Positions 13,301 to 26,200 of a stretch of DNA of 64,000 nucleotides are shown one piece after another. Numbering within the stretch: the first letter of the stretch is position 1; every line of letters starts with the position of its first letter. Origin of the DNA: Paecilomyces variotii (Eukaryota); the NCBI GenBank assembly GCA_004022145.1, contig RCNU01000002.1; one strand, given 5' to 3'. Below the pieces are notes generated by a model that was not told the origin of the DNA, ran no database searches, and saw only the letters and a program-made list of their open reading frames with translations. A program made the position numbers and the translations under genes.

Positions 13301-16300
13301 ACAGGGGCAACCAAACCGTTGTTCTGGACGGTCACTAGTGGTCGCGAGCTCGATGTTTCTTGCTCCTTGTCAGCTGTTGCAAACTTCCTCAACGTTGTCC
13401 CTTGTGTTGTCCCCGTCGGAGCTGAATATCGTATCCGACACTTGCTCCACCATCTCCATGCAGCTTCGGACGAGGCTTTCCCTCACTCATGGCTCCCGAC
13501 GTCGTCGATACTGCCCTTCCTGCGCAACCAGACAGGCGTTAAAACATTACTGGCGATCGACAATCACGAAATTCCCCGCGTGACGTTTGAAGAGGGCCTT
13601 CGCGTGGAATCTATCGAAAGGCGGGAGTTCACTCATGTCCCTTTTACAGTCATTGTACGTCCAAGAGACAGTGGAATTTCCGTTGCAGTGGAATATGACA
13701 TCTCTCAAATACCCAAGGGCGTCGCTACACGCTTACTCGATACATTCGTTGAGATTACCGAGGGCATTTCTTCCTATGATGTTACGGAAGTGATGGTGGG
13801 GGACATTGTTTCTGACGAACAATACTTTGAAAAAGATTATGTCCTTCAGCAAATCCGATCTGTCAACGCCGAGAATTCCAAGCTATCTCAGTCATCGAAT
13901 GACACTCTCGTTTCACTTTTCCAGAGATCGATGAAAGCAAATCCAAGAGCGTCGGCTTTGTACACTAGGGGATTATCTCTGACATACCAGCAGCTTGATG
14001 AACTTTCATCTCGTCTAGCGAGACACCTCCTTCGGTTCACCCAGGGTCGGCGGATGATTGTGCCAATACTGTTTCCTCGGAAGCCGGATATGATCATTGC
14101 TATGCTGGCTGTCCTGAAGGCTGGAGCAGCGTATTGTCCGTTGGATATGAGCTCCCCGCCCTCTCGCTTGGATTATATAATTCGTGAAGTGAACGCCTCC
14201 GTGATTCTCACTGATGATGCAGGTTTCTCAGTCATGTCCGCTGAGTTAAACCTTGGTCTCCAGATCGTCAACTTGGACTCGTTGCGGTGGACTTTCTATG
14301 ACAATGATGAAGCAGTACTCCCAGAAGTTTCGCCCACCACTCCCTGTTACGTGCTGTTCACATCTGGATCAACCGGAGAACCAAAAGGATGCATACTCAG
14401 CCATGGAGCTGTAGCCAGCTCTATCAAGGCAGCGCTGCCTGCCTTCCAGTTGGATGCCACGGACCGTGTTTTGCTCTTTGCTAACTACATCTTCGATGCG
14501 TCTGTCATCGATATATATGGAACCTTGTCCAAAGGTGCCGCTCTAATTATTGTCCCAGACGATGACGTGAAGGTGGATCTATGCAAGACCATCAATGACC
14601 TTCGTGTTACGTTTGTTCATCTCACACCCACAACTGCCCAGCTCCTGGATGTTGGTAAATGCCCGACACTCCGAACCGTCGTCGCTGGTGGGGAGACAGT
14701 GCCACAGGGCCTGAGAAATCATCTTGCAGGCAGAGTACGATTCATTGGGAACTATGGCCCAACCGAAACCGCCGTTCAGGTTGCCGTGAGCGTCTTTGAG
14801 CGTCCCTCTCTCGACGGAACATTCTACAAGGCACTGCCTGGAAACGTTATAGCCATCATCAATGAGCAAGGCAAAGTTGCGAGAGAGGGTGAACAGGGTG
14901 AAATCTACATTGGCGGCCAGCAATTGTTCGACGGATACCTGAAGGATGCTATTTCGACGAGAGGTTCTCTGCTTAAGATCCCATCCTTGGGAGATTTCCT
15001 CTTTTACCGTTCAGGAGATCGTGGCCGGTACATGAAAAACATGGGTATCGAGATCCTAGGTCGCCTGGATGACCAGATGAAGTTCATGGGACAACGGGTC
15101 GAACCTGCTGAGATTGAAACTGTCCTTAATGATGCTCCCGGGGTCGCTCTGTCGGCTGTGGTCGTTGTCTCCGGTGGTTTACATGCAGCTCTTCAGAGAA
15201 AGAGGTGTGCGGTTGCTCTCGATCTGGACTCAGTGCGAGCCTACGCCAAAGCTAGGCTGCCTGAGAGGCTAGTCCCAGATCTATGGGAGATTTCAGCCAT
15301 TCCATTGCTTCCGAGCAACAAAGTGGCTCGAAGAACAGTTTCGAAAGAGATTTCTTTTATGATTCAAAGAGCTCCACGTCTACCAGCGTCGATGGGCAAT
15401 GCCTCTATATGCTCGCCTATCTACATTGAGGCTTCTCCCAATGCAATCACGACAGTCACCTCAATTGTGTCCCGTATTCTCGCGCTTCCTGTTGAGGACA
15501 TTCATAAACCTCTAGATCATCTTGGCCTCAATTCTCTTGGTTTTGTTCAACTTCACCAAATGATACACATGGAGCTGGGTGTACTCGTCCCATACAGCAA
15601 GCTACGAGATGCCAGGTCTATCGATGGAATTTGCCGGTGGTTGTTTGAAGCTGCACCGGAATTACTACTGCAGAAAAAGGCAGGGCAAGTTGTGGCTTCG
15701 TCTGTTACCTACCCCGGCAGGTATCCTGCGACTCCAATCCAAGAAAATATCTGGATGTCACAAACGAAATTGTCCAACACCACATACGCCGTAGAACGCG
15801 TTTTCAAAGTCCATGATGTGTCTGTCCCGAAACTGGTTGAAACCCTCAATGACCTGGTCCGGAGATTCGATATCTTTCATCTTACGTTCGACCTTGACAC
15901 TGAGAACGAACAGATCTATCAGATTGTTCATCCTTATCCGCAGACCAAGATTGGGGTCCAATTCTTTCCGTCTGACTTGGGACCTGTATTTGAGACACCG
16001 AACCTGCATCTCAAGACCGGACCTCTATCTTCGTTCCAAGTCCACGAGAGTCCCGATGGGCAAATATACTTACATGCGGCTGTTCACCATATCCTCTTTG
16101 ATGAATTCACAAGTATTGTCTTTTACAATGCGTTGGAAGCTGTACTGAGGGGTGCCCCAGTCAATATCGACGACTATCGTAGCACTGTGGATTTCCATGG
16201 AATCACTCCAGGCCATGCGAAGGTCTTACGAGAATTATGGACACAGAGGCTGAATGGAATATCCACACTTCGTCGGGATCATTCTGTTCTGGTGGATGCA

Positions 16301-19300
16301 CAATCACAGAACAAAAGCCGTCTCCGCAAGGAAATTAACATACCACTTGTGCAGCAGGATCAGACCTATCTGAATTCGCACGCTTTGCGTGACAGTTCTA
16401 CCTTGCTCGCACTTTTCCAGGCCACGCTACACCGGACTTTTATGACCGATGAAGTCGTCCTGTCTATCCCCGTCAGTTTACGTATTACTGGCAAGGAGAA
16501 TTGCTCGACTTTGGGCAATCTAACTAATCCTGCTTTCATCCGATCCCAGCTGAAGTACAACGATTCTTGGTCTAATTTCATAAGCAGGACATTCGAGAAT
16601 CTTGAGTTCGCCAGTCAGAATGGTGTACCGGTCAACTGGATCTGCTCATGGCTCAAGATTGAGTTGTCTGATTTCCCAGTGCACTTCGTGTTGCACCAGA
16701 CCAATCCACAAGGCCGATCTTCCCTGCTGCAGGACCGTACATTCGACATGATCCCGCCAAAACAGCCTGCCTTCAACTTCGAGTTTCACCTATTCCTGTC
16801 GGAAACAGGATTTGATATCCTCGTTGACTATAACCCGCTCATCTTCGGGAGCCAGCTCGTTCAAGACGTCGTCGATACCTATGCAGACCTTCTCGCATCC
16901 GTTCAGCAACGGTCATCGTTAGACTTGAGCGAATTCGTCGACCTCAGTTCCTCGTCTTCGAATAGGAAGTCAATCTGTGCATCTGAGTTTACACCTCCAA
17001 GCTCAGTCTCTACGTTATCTGTGTCACCTGCTTTTGGGCCACAGACAAGAAAGGCCTTGGCGAGTTACACTCAACAGCGATTCTATCTTCTGCAACAAGT
17101 CTTCGGGGATGCCTCGTACAGCCTACCATCCGTTCATGAAGTTGGCGGGCTCCCGATTGATCTTATCATGCAAAAGTTAAAGATCATTGTGGAGAGAGAA
17201 TCAATCTTTCGAACTTACTTCATCTTTGACCAGGACTTATGGCAAGTCACTTCAGACAAAACCGAATTCGCTTTCTCAATTCACGACTTGAGAGACCGGT
17301 CTTATCATAACGCATGGAACCGTATGGTCCAGCTGTGCCAGGATGATGCTAATAAGCCGTTTGATCTTGGTAATCCTCCTTTGATACGCTGTCATGGTTT
17401 CCAGCTGCCAGGTGAGAAACAGTATCTGTATCTCAACATACACCACGCGCTCTGCGACGAGAGTTCTCTCTGCCTCTTGCTCAAAGAGCTTGAGGGCGAA
17501 CATCATTTCCCTCGAACAGGCATTGTTTTCGATTATCACGACATTTCCGCCTCTGAACGGAAAATTCTTTCCGACCAAAGCTATGTCTCAGCATCGCGAC
17601 ACCATTGGCAATCCGCTCTCGCTCAAGGTCCTGCTATCAAGGGTATGCTCCCTCTCGGTAACACCAATAATGTATCGTCGCTCGGAATAGTTCACTCGAC
17701 ATTCGATATCACGACAGCCACGATTCCTTGGGCGCACGAAATAGGTGCCACGTCGTTCAGTAAATTCTTGTCTGTGTTCATGCTCACCATGCTTCTCCGA
17801 TACGACTGCAAATCCCCAACTGTTTTGATTCCCGTTTCCAATCGCCCTGTCGAGACAGAGAAGACAATATACGGATGTTTCACGAACATCCTCCCCATTC
17901 GGGTCGCACTAGATGCTCACCTCCCTGTTCTGGATAATACCAAGCGAGTTGTGCGCGCCGTTAATGAGGCACTGGTCTATTCTCAGACGCCATTCGAGAA
18001 GGTCCTTGAGTATGCTGGTGTCAGCCGCAACGATTTCGAGGCAATGTTTGTGTACCATGAAGGTTCGCGCAACATTGGCGTTTTCAGACCAGCTGCTCAT
18101 GTGCTAGAATCTCAGGGCAGGTCCGTCAGCCCTAAGTTTCCCCTGACTTTTTCGGTGTCCCTGGTTCGTCATGAGTCCAGCACTACCTTGGATGTGAAGA
18201 TCGAGTATGACCCCAGGGTGCTTGTGGAGTACGAAGCCGAAAATTTAGCGGAGTCTTTCCACCAGGTTCTGCTCTCTCTACATGGTACACATGATCCTGC
18301 ATTCACTACAACCAACAGTCTAGGCTTCTTGAGCGACGTCGAGACTAGACTACTCGAAAGCTTCCATGGTCCCAAGCAACCGGAGGTGGACAGGGAGCCT
18401 CTTGTGCACGACCAGATAATGAATATGGCTTCGGAATTCCCACACCGCACCGCTGTTTCGTTTGATGGAGAAGAGTCCTGCACATACGAGCAACTTCAAG
18501 TCAGAGTTGCCTCTCTCGTCTCATGGATACAGCAACAAGACGTGCATATCGAAGGAGAAGCTACGATATGCATATTCAGTGACGCCTGCGTCGATCGGAT
18601 CATCTGTATTCTAGCCATCATGCAACTTGGTCTTGCATACGTCCCATTGAGCGTCCAGGACCCTATCCATCGGACCATGGCCATCATCCAGGACTGCAAA
18701 CCCCAGGCTATTCTGGTGCCAAGTACAGGCACTTTTGCTCACTGGTCGAAGGTTCAGGATCTCCAGAGAGAACTTCAGATTCATGTGTTGGAGACTGTGC
18801 CCTGTTTCATCATCCCTGAGAACATTCCTCAGATCACCGATGCTGTTCCGATGTCGCCTCATGTCCATCAGCATCCCTCTAATATAGCTTGTGTTCTGTA
18901 CACGAGCGGACCGACCAGTCTCACAAAGGGTGTGGCTATTGACCACCAAGCTCTCCGCAACTCAATAACGCAACATCGATCCATCTACCGTTTGCAACCC
19001 AGAAGTCGACTGTTACAACTGGCGCCTTACACTTTCGATGTCTCTGTCGTGGACATCTTTTCCACACTATCTGCAGGCGCAACTCTTGTCATTGGCCGCC
19101 ATGAATTCCTACTATCCAACTTACAACAAGTCGTCAGAGACTGGGAGATCACTCACATCGCCACTACCCCAACGGTAGCCACATTGCTAGCTCCCGCTCT
19201 GTCTCCATCGCTCCAGGTCCTGGCTCTTGGTGGTGAGACTATGTCAGAGGCAGTCCGAGACGCCTGGGCGGAACACGTGCATCTTCTGAATGTCTATGGA

Positions 19301-19699
19301 CCGACAGAAACTACCGTCAATGTCGTGAGCCGGGAGATGTTCCGTACCACTCCTGTTTCCGACGTTGGTAGACCCTTACCCAACGTCCTTGTCTACATTC
19401 TTGATGATCAACATCGTCGCCTTCCCCCAGGCCGAGTGGGTCAACTGGCCATTGGAGGCGTGCAAGTCGCTCATGGTTATCTGCGCCCACAAAGTGGGAA
19501 ATCAGCATTCATAACCCATGATCATCTGGGCAAAATTTATCTCACTGGAGACTTGGCTAAGTTCACTACTACCGGAGATATCATCTTGCTAGGCCGAACT
19601 GATAGCCAGATCAAGCGTGAGATCGAGGCTATCCTCAGTAAAGAGAACAATGTGTCCGTGAGCACCGTCTCTTCCGCGAAATGGTCCTTCATTTCGTGA
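7346..19699 (+). CDS. Multimodular nonribosomal peptide synthetase, A-T*-C*-A-C*-A-T-C-C-A(truncated); possibly decaying
   Basis: Exon 1 7346-8249, intron 8250-8309 (GTATGT...CTAAC...TAG), exon 2 8310-19699. Four A domains: FTSGSTGKPKG, FTSGSTAAPK, FTSGSTGEPKG and YTSGPTSLTKG, with YGPTE/TGD/GRxDxQxK-type motifs. Four C domains: HNLSIDE, HDAVADR, HHILFDE and HHALCDE. T-like segments WGLSY and LGLNS. Confidence 0.92.
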
Positions 19700-20816
19700 T
19701 TGACGCCCCCGCGATCGATCATCCGTGCCTCTTCAAAATTGATCATCGATCAATACTGCGAGGAATGTCTCTCTTGATTCAACCGTTGTCTCGGATGGGA
19801 TCTTTGTACGATAATGACCGAGGGAAACTGGCACGACTGACTGTAGAGGTCATCAAAGTTTGTGTCAATGTACACTTGATTCTATTCACATGTATTATTA
19901 GTAGGTAGTTACGATAGCGAATAAGCAATTTCTATTCATTCATTTCAAAATTTGTTTCAGTGTATGGCTCGCGAAATGGCTAAATACCGACTCTTACTGC
20001 CCTCTATAAGTCTTATTCTGTTAATGTCAGTGACATAGAGTGAGAGCCTTTAGTGATCGGATCTAGTCTCAGTGACGAGAGAAATATCTGAACTTTTGAA
20101 GGGAGCCACTCTCTCCTGTGCACAATTCGGTCACGTGTGCTATCACGTGATATGATAGGTAGTTTTGTGTCGTTCAGAAGAAGAAAGTTGATTACTAAGA
20201 GATATCTGTGCCTAAGGCTATATAGTAGAGAATGACTAAGCTAGATGACATAAGAAAAGACCACATTTGCATGTCAATCTGCCCTTCTATGTTTCAAAAA
20301 TGCTATCATTTCGATATGTACTTGGGCGGTATGTTGAACGATTATCTACAGAGGTCAAATAACGTCGAGTATCCTCTGATTTGATATAGAAGGCGGACAA
20401 AATAACGGACTAGTGGTCTAAAAATTCGAGTTGGGTATGATGTATTGAGGTCCAGGAAATCTCCTGAAATCTAGCTGTTTCTTAGAAAATAATTTAGAGG
20501 TAGTCGGCAATGAGCAAGATCTAGGAAGGATCTATAGTAGTTACTCATGCCATCATTCATTATTATCATGCGTAGTATCATCAATAATATTATGCGCGAG
20601 GGGCGCCGGCCGTCGGGAGGACGTGCGGAAGTCGGCGTGTCGGATGGTGCGGCCACGTGACCAAACAGCCGGGTTCTGTAGAACTTCGGACGTCGACTTC
20701 GTCCATCTCAGGCTCTCCGGAACAGCAGCGGCAATTGCCCCCCATACACCATCCCCTCCGCCTCTTTTCGATACCCAATCTCTCCTCCATTCGCGGCCGT
20801 GATCGCCTCCGTCAGA

Positions 20817-21874
20817 ATGCTCTCCGCTCGAGTCGCCCGCGCTGGTCTGCGCGCCTCCGTCCAGCAGTTCTCCGTTCCTCGCACTGCCGCCCTCAATGGC
20901 ATCAGGACCTACGCCACGCCCGCCCAGGACGTGAGGCCCCCTGTGGCTCTGTTCGGTATCGATGGCACCTATGCCAGCTCTCTGGTATGCGACTCCTCTC
21001 TCCTCGAAGCCATTGAACCCTTTTCCTTCCGATGGTCCGAGCGTACAGCATGAAAAAGGACCTCAAGCCCACTGAAACGAGCGAAACCGCAATTGAAAGG
21101 ATAGAAAGAAACTCTGGCTGACGCTCTTCATCAATTTCTTATAGTACACTGCTGCCGTTAAGACTTCCACTCTCGACTCGGCCGCCAAGGCTCTTGCCAA
21201 CCTCCACGAGACTTTCAAGAAGGACCCCAAGCTCACCACCATCTTGGACGCCCCGACCCTCACCAAGGCCGACAAGCAGCAGATCATTGAAGAGCTCCAG
21301 AAGATTGCCGGTGCTGACAAGGATGGCATCTTCAAGAACTTCCTCAACACTCTCGCCGAGAACAACCGTCTGGGTGCCCTTGAGGGTGTCTGCGACAAGT
21401 TCGCGACCCTCATGAGCGCTCACCGCGGCGAGATGGAGCTCAGCATCACCAGTGCTCAGGTACGTGTCCATATACTACTCCCTTTTTGTTTGTTGCTGGT
21501 GTCCGGGAATAGAGATCCATGTTGTTTTGATTGTTTTGGGGGAATTGTTTTGCTGATCATATTGATGTCTATAGGAGCTCGACAACAAGACCATCCAGCG
21601 CATTGAGAAGGCCGTTTCCAAGTCCGAGTTCAGCCAGGGCAAGAAGCTCAAGGTTGTCACCAAGGTCAGTAGCCTCTTAGCTTTTCCGCGGCACCACTTC
21701 GTCTACGCCCACAACCGTCATATAAAAACTTGATAAATAGCTAACATCTTCCACCATCAGGTCAACCCCGATGTCATCGGAGGCCTCATTGTTGAGATTG
21801 GTGACCGTACCATCGACCTCAGCGTCTCCTCCCGCATTGCCAAGCTCAACAAGGCCCTCACCGACGCCGTGTAA
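20817..21874 (+). CDS. ATP5: Mitochondrial ATP synthase subunit OSCP/delta (subunit 5)
   Basis: Exons 20817-20984, 21145-21459, 21575-21664 and 21761-21874. Arg-rich presequence, PPVALFGIDGTYA, NFLNTLAENNRL and IGGLIVEIGDRTIDLSV. Confidence 0.97.
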
Positions 21875-23243
21875 ATTAACTCAATCCTCGCGATCCCCTT
21901 TTTAACACCCCCACAGCCATGAGACCTGTCGGAGTATAGGAAGAAATGAATCCATTTTTCTATTCCCCTTTCTTTCCCTCTCTACTTCAGCAAGTTTCAT
22001 GGAAATGAAAGCCTTCAATCACGTGGAAAAACTTTGGCCTTACTTAGATCAACCCAACTTGAGCCAGTCGAACCTACTTCCGTACCATATGATATAGGTA
22101 TATAGTGCCTGTTCTACTATCTTACCTATTGTCGAATCCCTTTGTCAAATTAGAAAAAGAACATAGCCCTTTTGTTTACTCCATCGGTTTTCCGTTTCTT
22201 TTGTAGTCATGTAGAGAAGCTGCGCACGTTAGCTGGTTCAAATTAGATACTTCCAATACGAGGCCGATCAGCTCGACAAAACTATTCTGTCTCCCTCTAG
22301 GAGAGAAGAGAGGGGGTATATATAAGGTTCCAGGAATTTATAGAATACGTAGAGGGAACAGTGTAGTTAGTTGGCTAGAAGGATCAAGATAGAAAGCTGC
22401 TAACGTTTCGAGAGTGACAAGTTTCAAATAACTTACGCGTTCGACATAAGATGGGAATAGCCAGTAGGCGGTAGAAAACTACAGTAGGAAAGAAAAAGCT
22501 ACTGTATATCAAAACAACTTGGGAGGCACTCCCCTTTCATAAGACCATATCAAACAAAGTCATATAAGGGAATTGTAGTTAGAAGCCGGAATTATTATTA
22601 ATTAATGGGTGCTATTCTTGTTAAATGCCTATGATTTATATCTGTATAGGTACTTGAGTTATGAAAAGGCCTGACACGAATATTGATCGTATCAGCTATC
22701 TCGGCACCGCTACGTTAGGAGAGTTCAGAGAGCGTATCATACACGCATGGATGAAAAACAAGCCTGCCAGTTGATTGGGAGACCCAATGAACGGATAAAT
22801 GGAAAAGAAAGGGAATGTTGCATATAAACCATAACGCAAAGAAAATGTCATAAGCTATAAAATATGAAATAAACAAATGGAGACACAGATGGGATGGATA
22901 AACTAAATTTCAATGCCTTCTTTCCTTATGAGTCTTCAATATTGTAATCCCCTTTTTTGCTATCCATGGTTGAATAATAAAGGGCAAGCATGATGTTGAT
23001 AAGCAGAATAATGACGACTGTTTATGCTCGTAACTTGCTTCGATTAACTCGGATTAAGTCGTGCTAAAAGGCTTGACTTTTGGCGCGCGTGTATGGCTTG
23101 AGCGTGAATCATAGGACCGGATACGGAATGCTAAGAGCTATGCTGGCGGTTATTATGGCGGGTGGATTCAATTAGTTGATGGCCGGGGATCTGATTTTGA
23201 GAAGTGGGAGACGCATCTGCTCCGGGCTTCAATGTAGGTTGGT

Positions 23244-26200
23244 TCAGCGTCCGTTAGGAGATCCATCTAGCTGCGCCTCGAACTCGTCCTCGTAGTCGGC
23301 CACGGATTCCCGACGGCGTACTCTTTCCAACTGGTTCGCGACGTAGTTGTTGAGATGCTGCTCCGCCTCCTGACGAGCGGCCTGATCAGCAAGACCACCC
23401 TCATCAATATCATCGCCGTTAGTGCTAAGTGCATCGCCATTGATGGTCGTAGCAAAGTCGCTCCGATTTCCAATAGAGCGGCTAGTGGAAGACCGACGGA
23501 TGCGTGGAGTACGGGAACCATTGGGCTTCGCTGAACGGGAGAATATATCGTCAAAGTAGTGAGCTGCAGCAGTGGATGGAGTTCGAGGTGTCTGTGGGAG
23601 ACGACAGTTGATTCTGGGACGGGTTAGTAACTGCTTGACCTACAGCCACACAGAAAATCAAATATAAACATACCCAGTGTCATGGATAATCTTCGCAATC
23701 AGTCCAGTCCAACCACATTGGTGCGACGCTCCTAGACCTCGGCCTGTATCCGCGTCAAAGAACTCGAAGAACCACAGGTAGTCCTTCCAGTGCTCATCGA
23801 AATCCAGGAGGTCACTGCCTCCATTCATGGCTCGGCGGCCCTCGTCGTTCCTGACAAACAAGTGCTGAAGACGATGCTGGATCTCTTCAGCCACATTGCC
23901 TAGATGCATATACTCTCCAGAGCCGGTGGGACACTCGATCTGAAGGGTGTTACCGTAGAACATGTAGAAGCGCAGTAGAGACTCGATAAGTAGGAAGTTG
24001 ACACACAACCAAATTGGACCACGCCAGTTGCTGTTGCCGCCAAAGAGGCCGCTGTCCGAGTCACCGGGAACGTAGCCAACTTTGAACGTCTGTCCGTTGA
24101 CTTCCATCGAATAAGGGTGTTCCTCGTGGTACTTGGACATGGAACGGATACCATGGTCCGCCAGGAATTCCGTCTCGTCGAGCATGCGCTTAAGGATCTT
24201 CACCAGTCTGTCTTTGCTCACCAGAGCCAGGAGCAATCTGTCATCCTTTCCACGCCGCTGCATGCTGGCAATGTTGCGCTCTGCGACGTCATGCTTGTTC
24301 TCGACGAACCACTCGACTCTCCTCTTGAAGGACGGGAACTTGTTGATCAGCTCCGGCTCCAAGGTGGAAACAGCATAGAGTGGGATCAAGCCGACCAACG
24401 ACCTAATTGGCAACTGCTGGGTCCAGGGACCACCATAGGAGATTGCATCATAGTAGAAGCTAGATATCTGGTTAGTGTGACGCCCACGGAAATGAATATC
24501 AGATAACGCACTTGTCTTCCTCGTTCCAGAGGGAGGATTCCTTCTCCCCAGCGCGGAAGGTCATTGCATCACTGATCAGAATGAAGTGCTCGAAGAACTT
24601 CGACGCAACTAGAGAGCTGTCAGCATATCGACGATCAGACAGCGTGCAATTTCACTCACTATCTTCATAGGTGCGGCGATGCTTAGCCAGTTCTAGAGCA
24701 ATATTGAGCATGGATAGACAATAAAACGCCATCCAACCGGTGCTGTCCGCCTGCTCGAGAACTCCTCCAGTAGGCAAGGGCTCGGACCGGTTGAACAAAC
24801 CGATATTGTCCAGACCCAAGAAACCACCCTCGAAGACATTCTTGCCTTCAGAGTCCTTTCGGTTCACCCACCAGGTGAAGTTCAAGAGTAGCTTCTGGAA
24901 AACACGTTCCAGGAAGTCAAGGTCCTGTCGACCATACATCTTCCGCTCAATTTTGAACACTCTGAAAGTAGCCCACGCATGGACCGGTGGGTTAACATCA
25001 CCAAAGTTCCATTCGTACGCAGGAAGCTGTCCGTTCGGGTGCATGTACCATTCTCGAGTAAGAATGTCCAGCTGCTTCTTTGCAAACTCAGGGTCGATCA
25101 TAGCCAGAGGGATACAATGGAAGGCAGTATCCCATGCGGCAAAGAACGGATATTCCCAGGAGTCAGGCATAGACAGGACATCATCGATATATAGATGTCT
25201 CCAGTTCTGGTTTCGCACATTCTTCCTTCCCGGCGGCGGGGGAATTGTGCCAGGGTCTCCATTAGCCCACTGGTCCCAAATGAATTGGTAGTACTGCTTG
25301 GTCCAGAGCATGCCAGAAAGAGCCTGTCTCTGAATGTTCCTCAGGTCCTCCGAGACTGGGAGAGGGTTGATACGGTAGAAGAATTCGTCCGCCTCAGAGA
25401 TACGCTGCTCAAATACTTCGTCAAGAACTTCTTCGTTGATAAACTCTTGCTTCTTTCTCGAGAAACGGAATCGGACGACAGCGCATTCTCCGGGAGGAAC
25501 ACCATCGCCCTCGTCGAACGCGTACCAGGCAGCAAACTTGGTTCCTTGTTGTTCTGGGTTGACCGCCCTCTTCTCTTCATCGACGATGTGTCGATGGAAG
25601 GCATCCTTGACATAGGGTTGGGCGTTCTTTGTTCCCCAGAGAACCTCATTGTTGGTCTCGTTCTCAGTGAACAGGAACCGAGGCTGCACATCCTGTTCGC
25701 CGCCTCCAACAGCGGGAGAGGGCGAGAACTGCACATATCGAGTGCCCAGCTTGTGATGGTTGGACTCCGCAGTCAAGGGGCCAGCCTGCTTGATGGACGG
25801 TTTCTCGAGTCCTTTCTCATAACCCCATCCCCAGGTGTTCCGGAACCAGACCTGTGGGATGATGTGAAGTGGCGCTGGCTCAGGACCGCGGTTGTAGGCG
25901 ATGACGCGAAACATGAGTTCCTCCTCATCATCGCCCTCCTTGGCAGTCTCGATGAAGATATCCCAGTATCTGTTGTCATCAAATGCACCTGTATCCAGGA
26001 TCTGGTACTCACGATCCTGCCTGCCACGTCGAGCATTCTCATCGATGAGATCCTGGTAGGGAAATTTCCTCTGAGGGTACTTGTAGAGGTATTTCATGTA
26101 GGAATGCTGCACGCAGATCGACCGTTAGACACTGACTGCATTCCAACAGCATTGGGCTAGACCTACCGAAGGAGTATTGTCCAGATGAAAGTGAGCCTCC

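Noticed and set aside
1..20500. Starship element
   Set aside because: The cargo-like content fits, but no DUF3435 tyrosine recombinase, split 5S or boundary repeats are visible.
25195..26160. 321-aa plus-strand ORF
   Set aside because: Antisense shadow of the GH63-like exon; no motifs.
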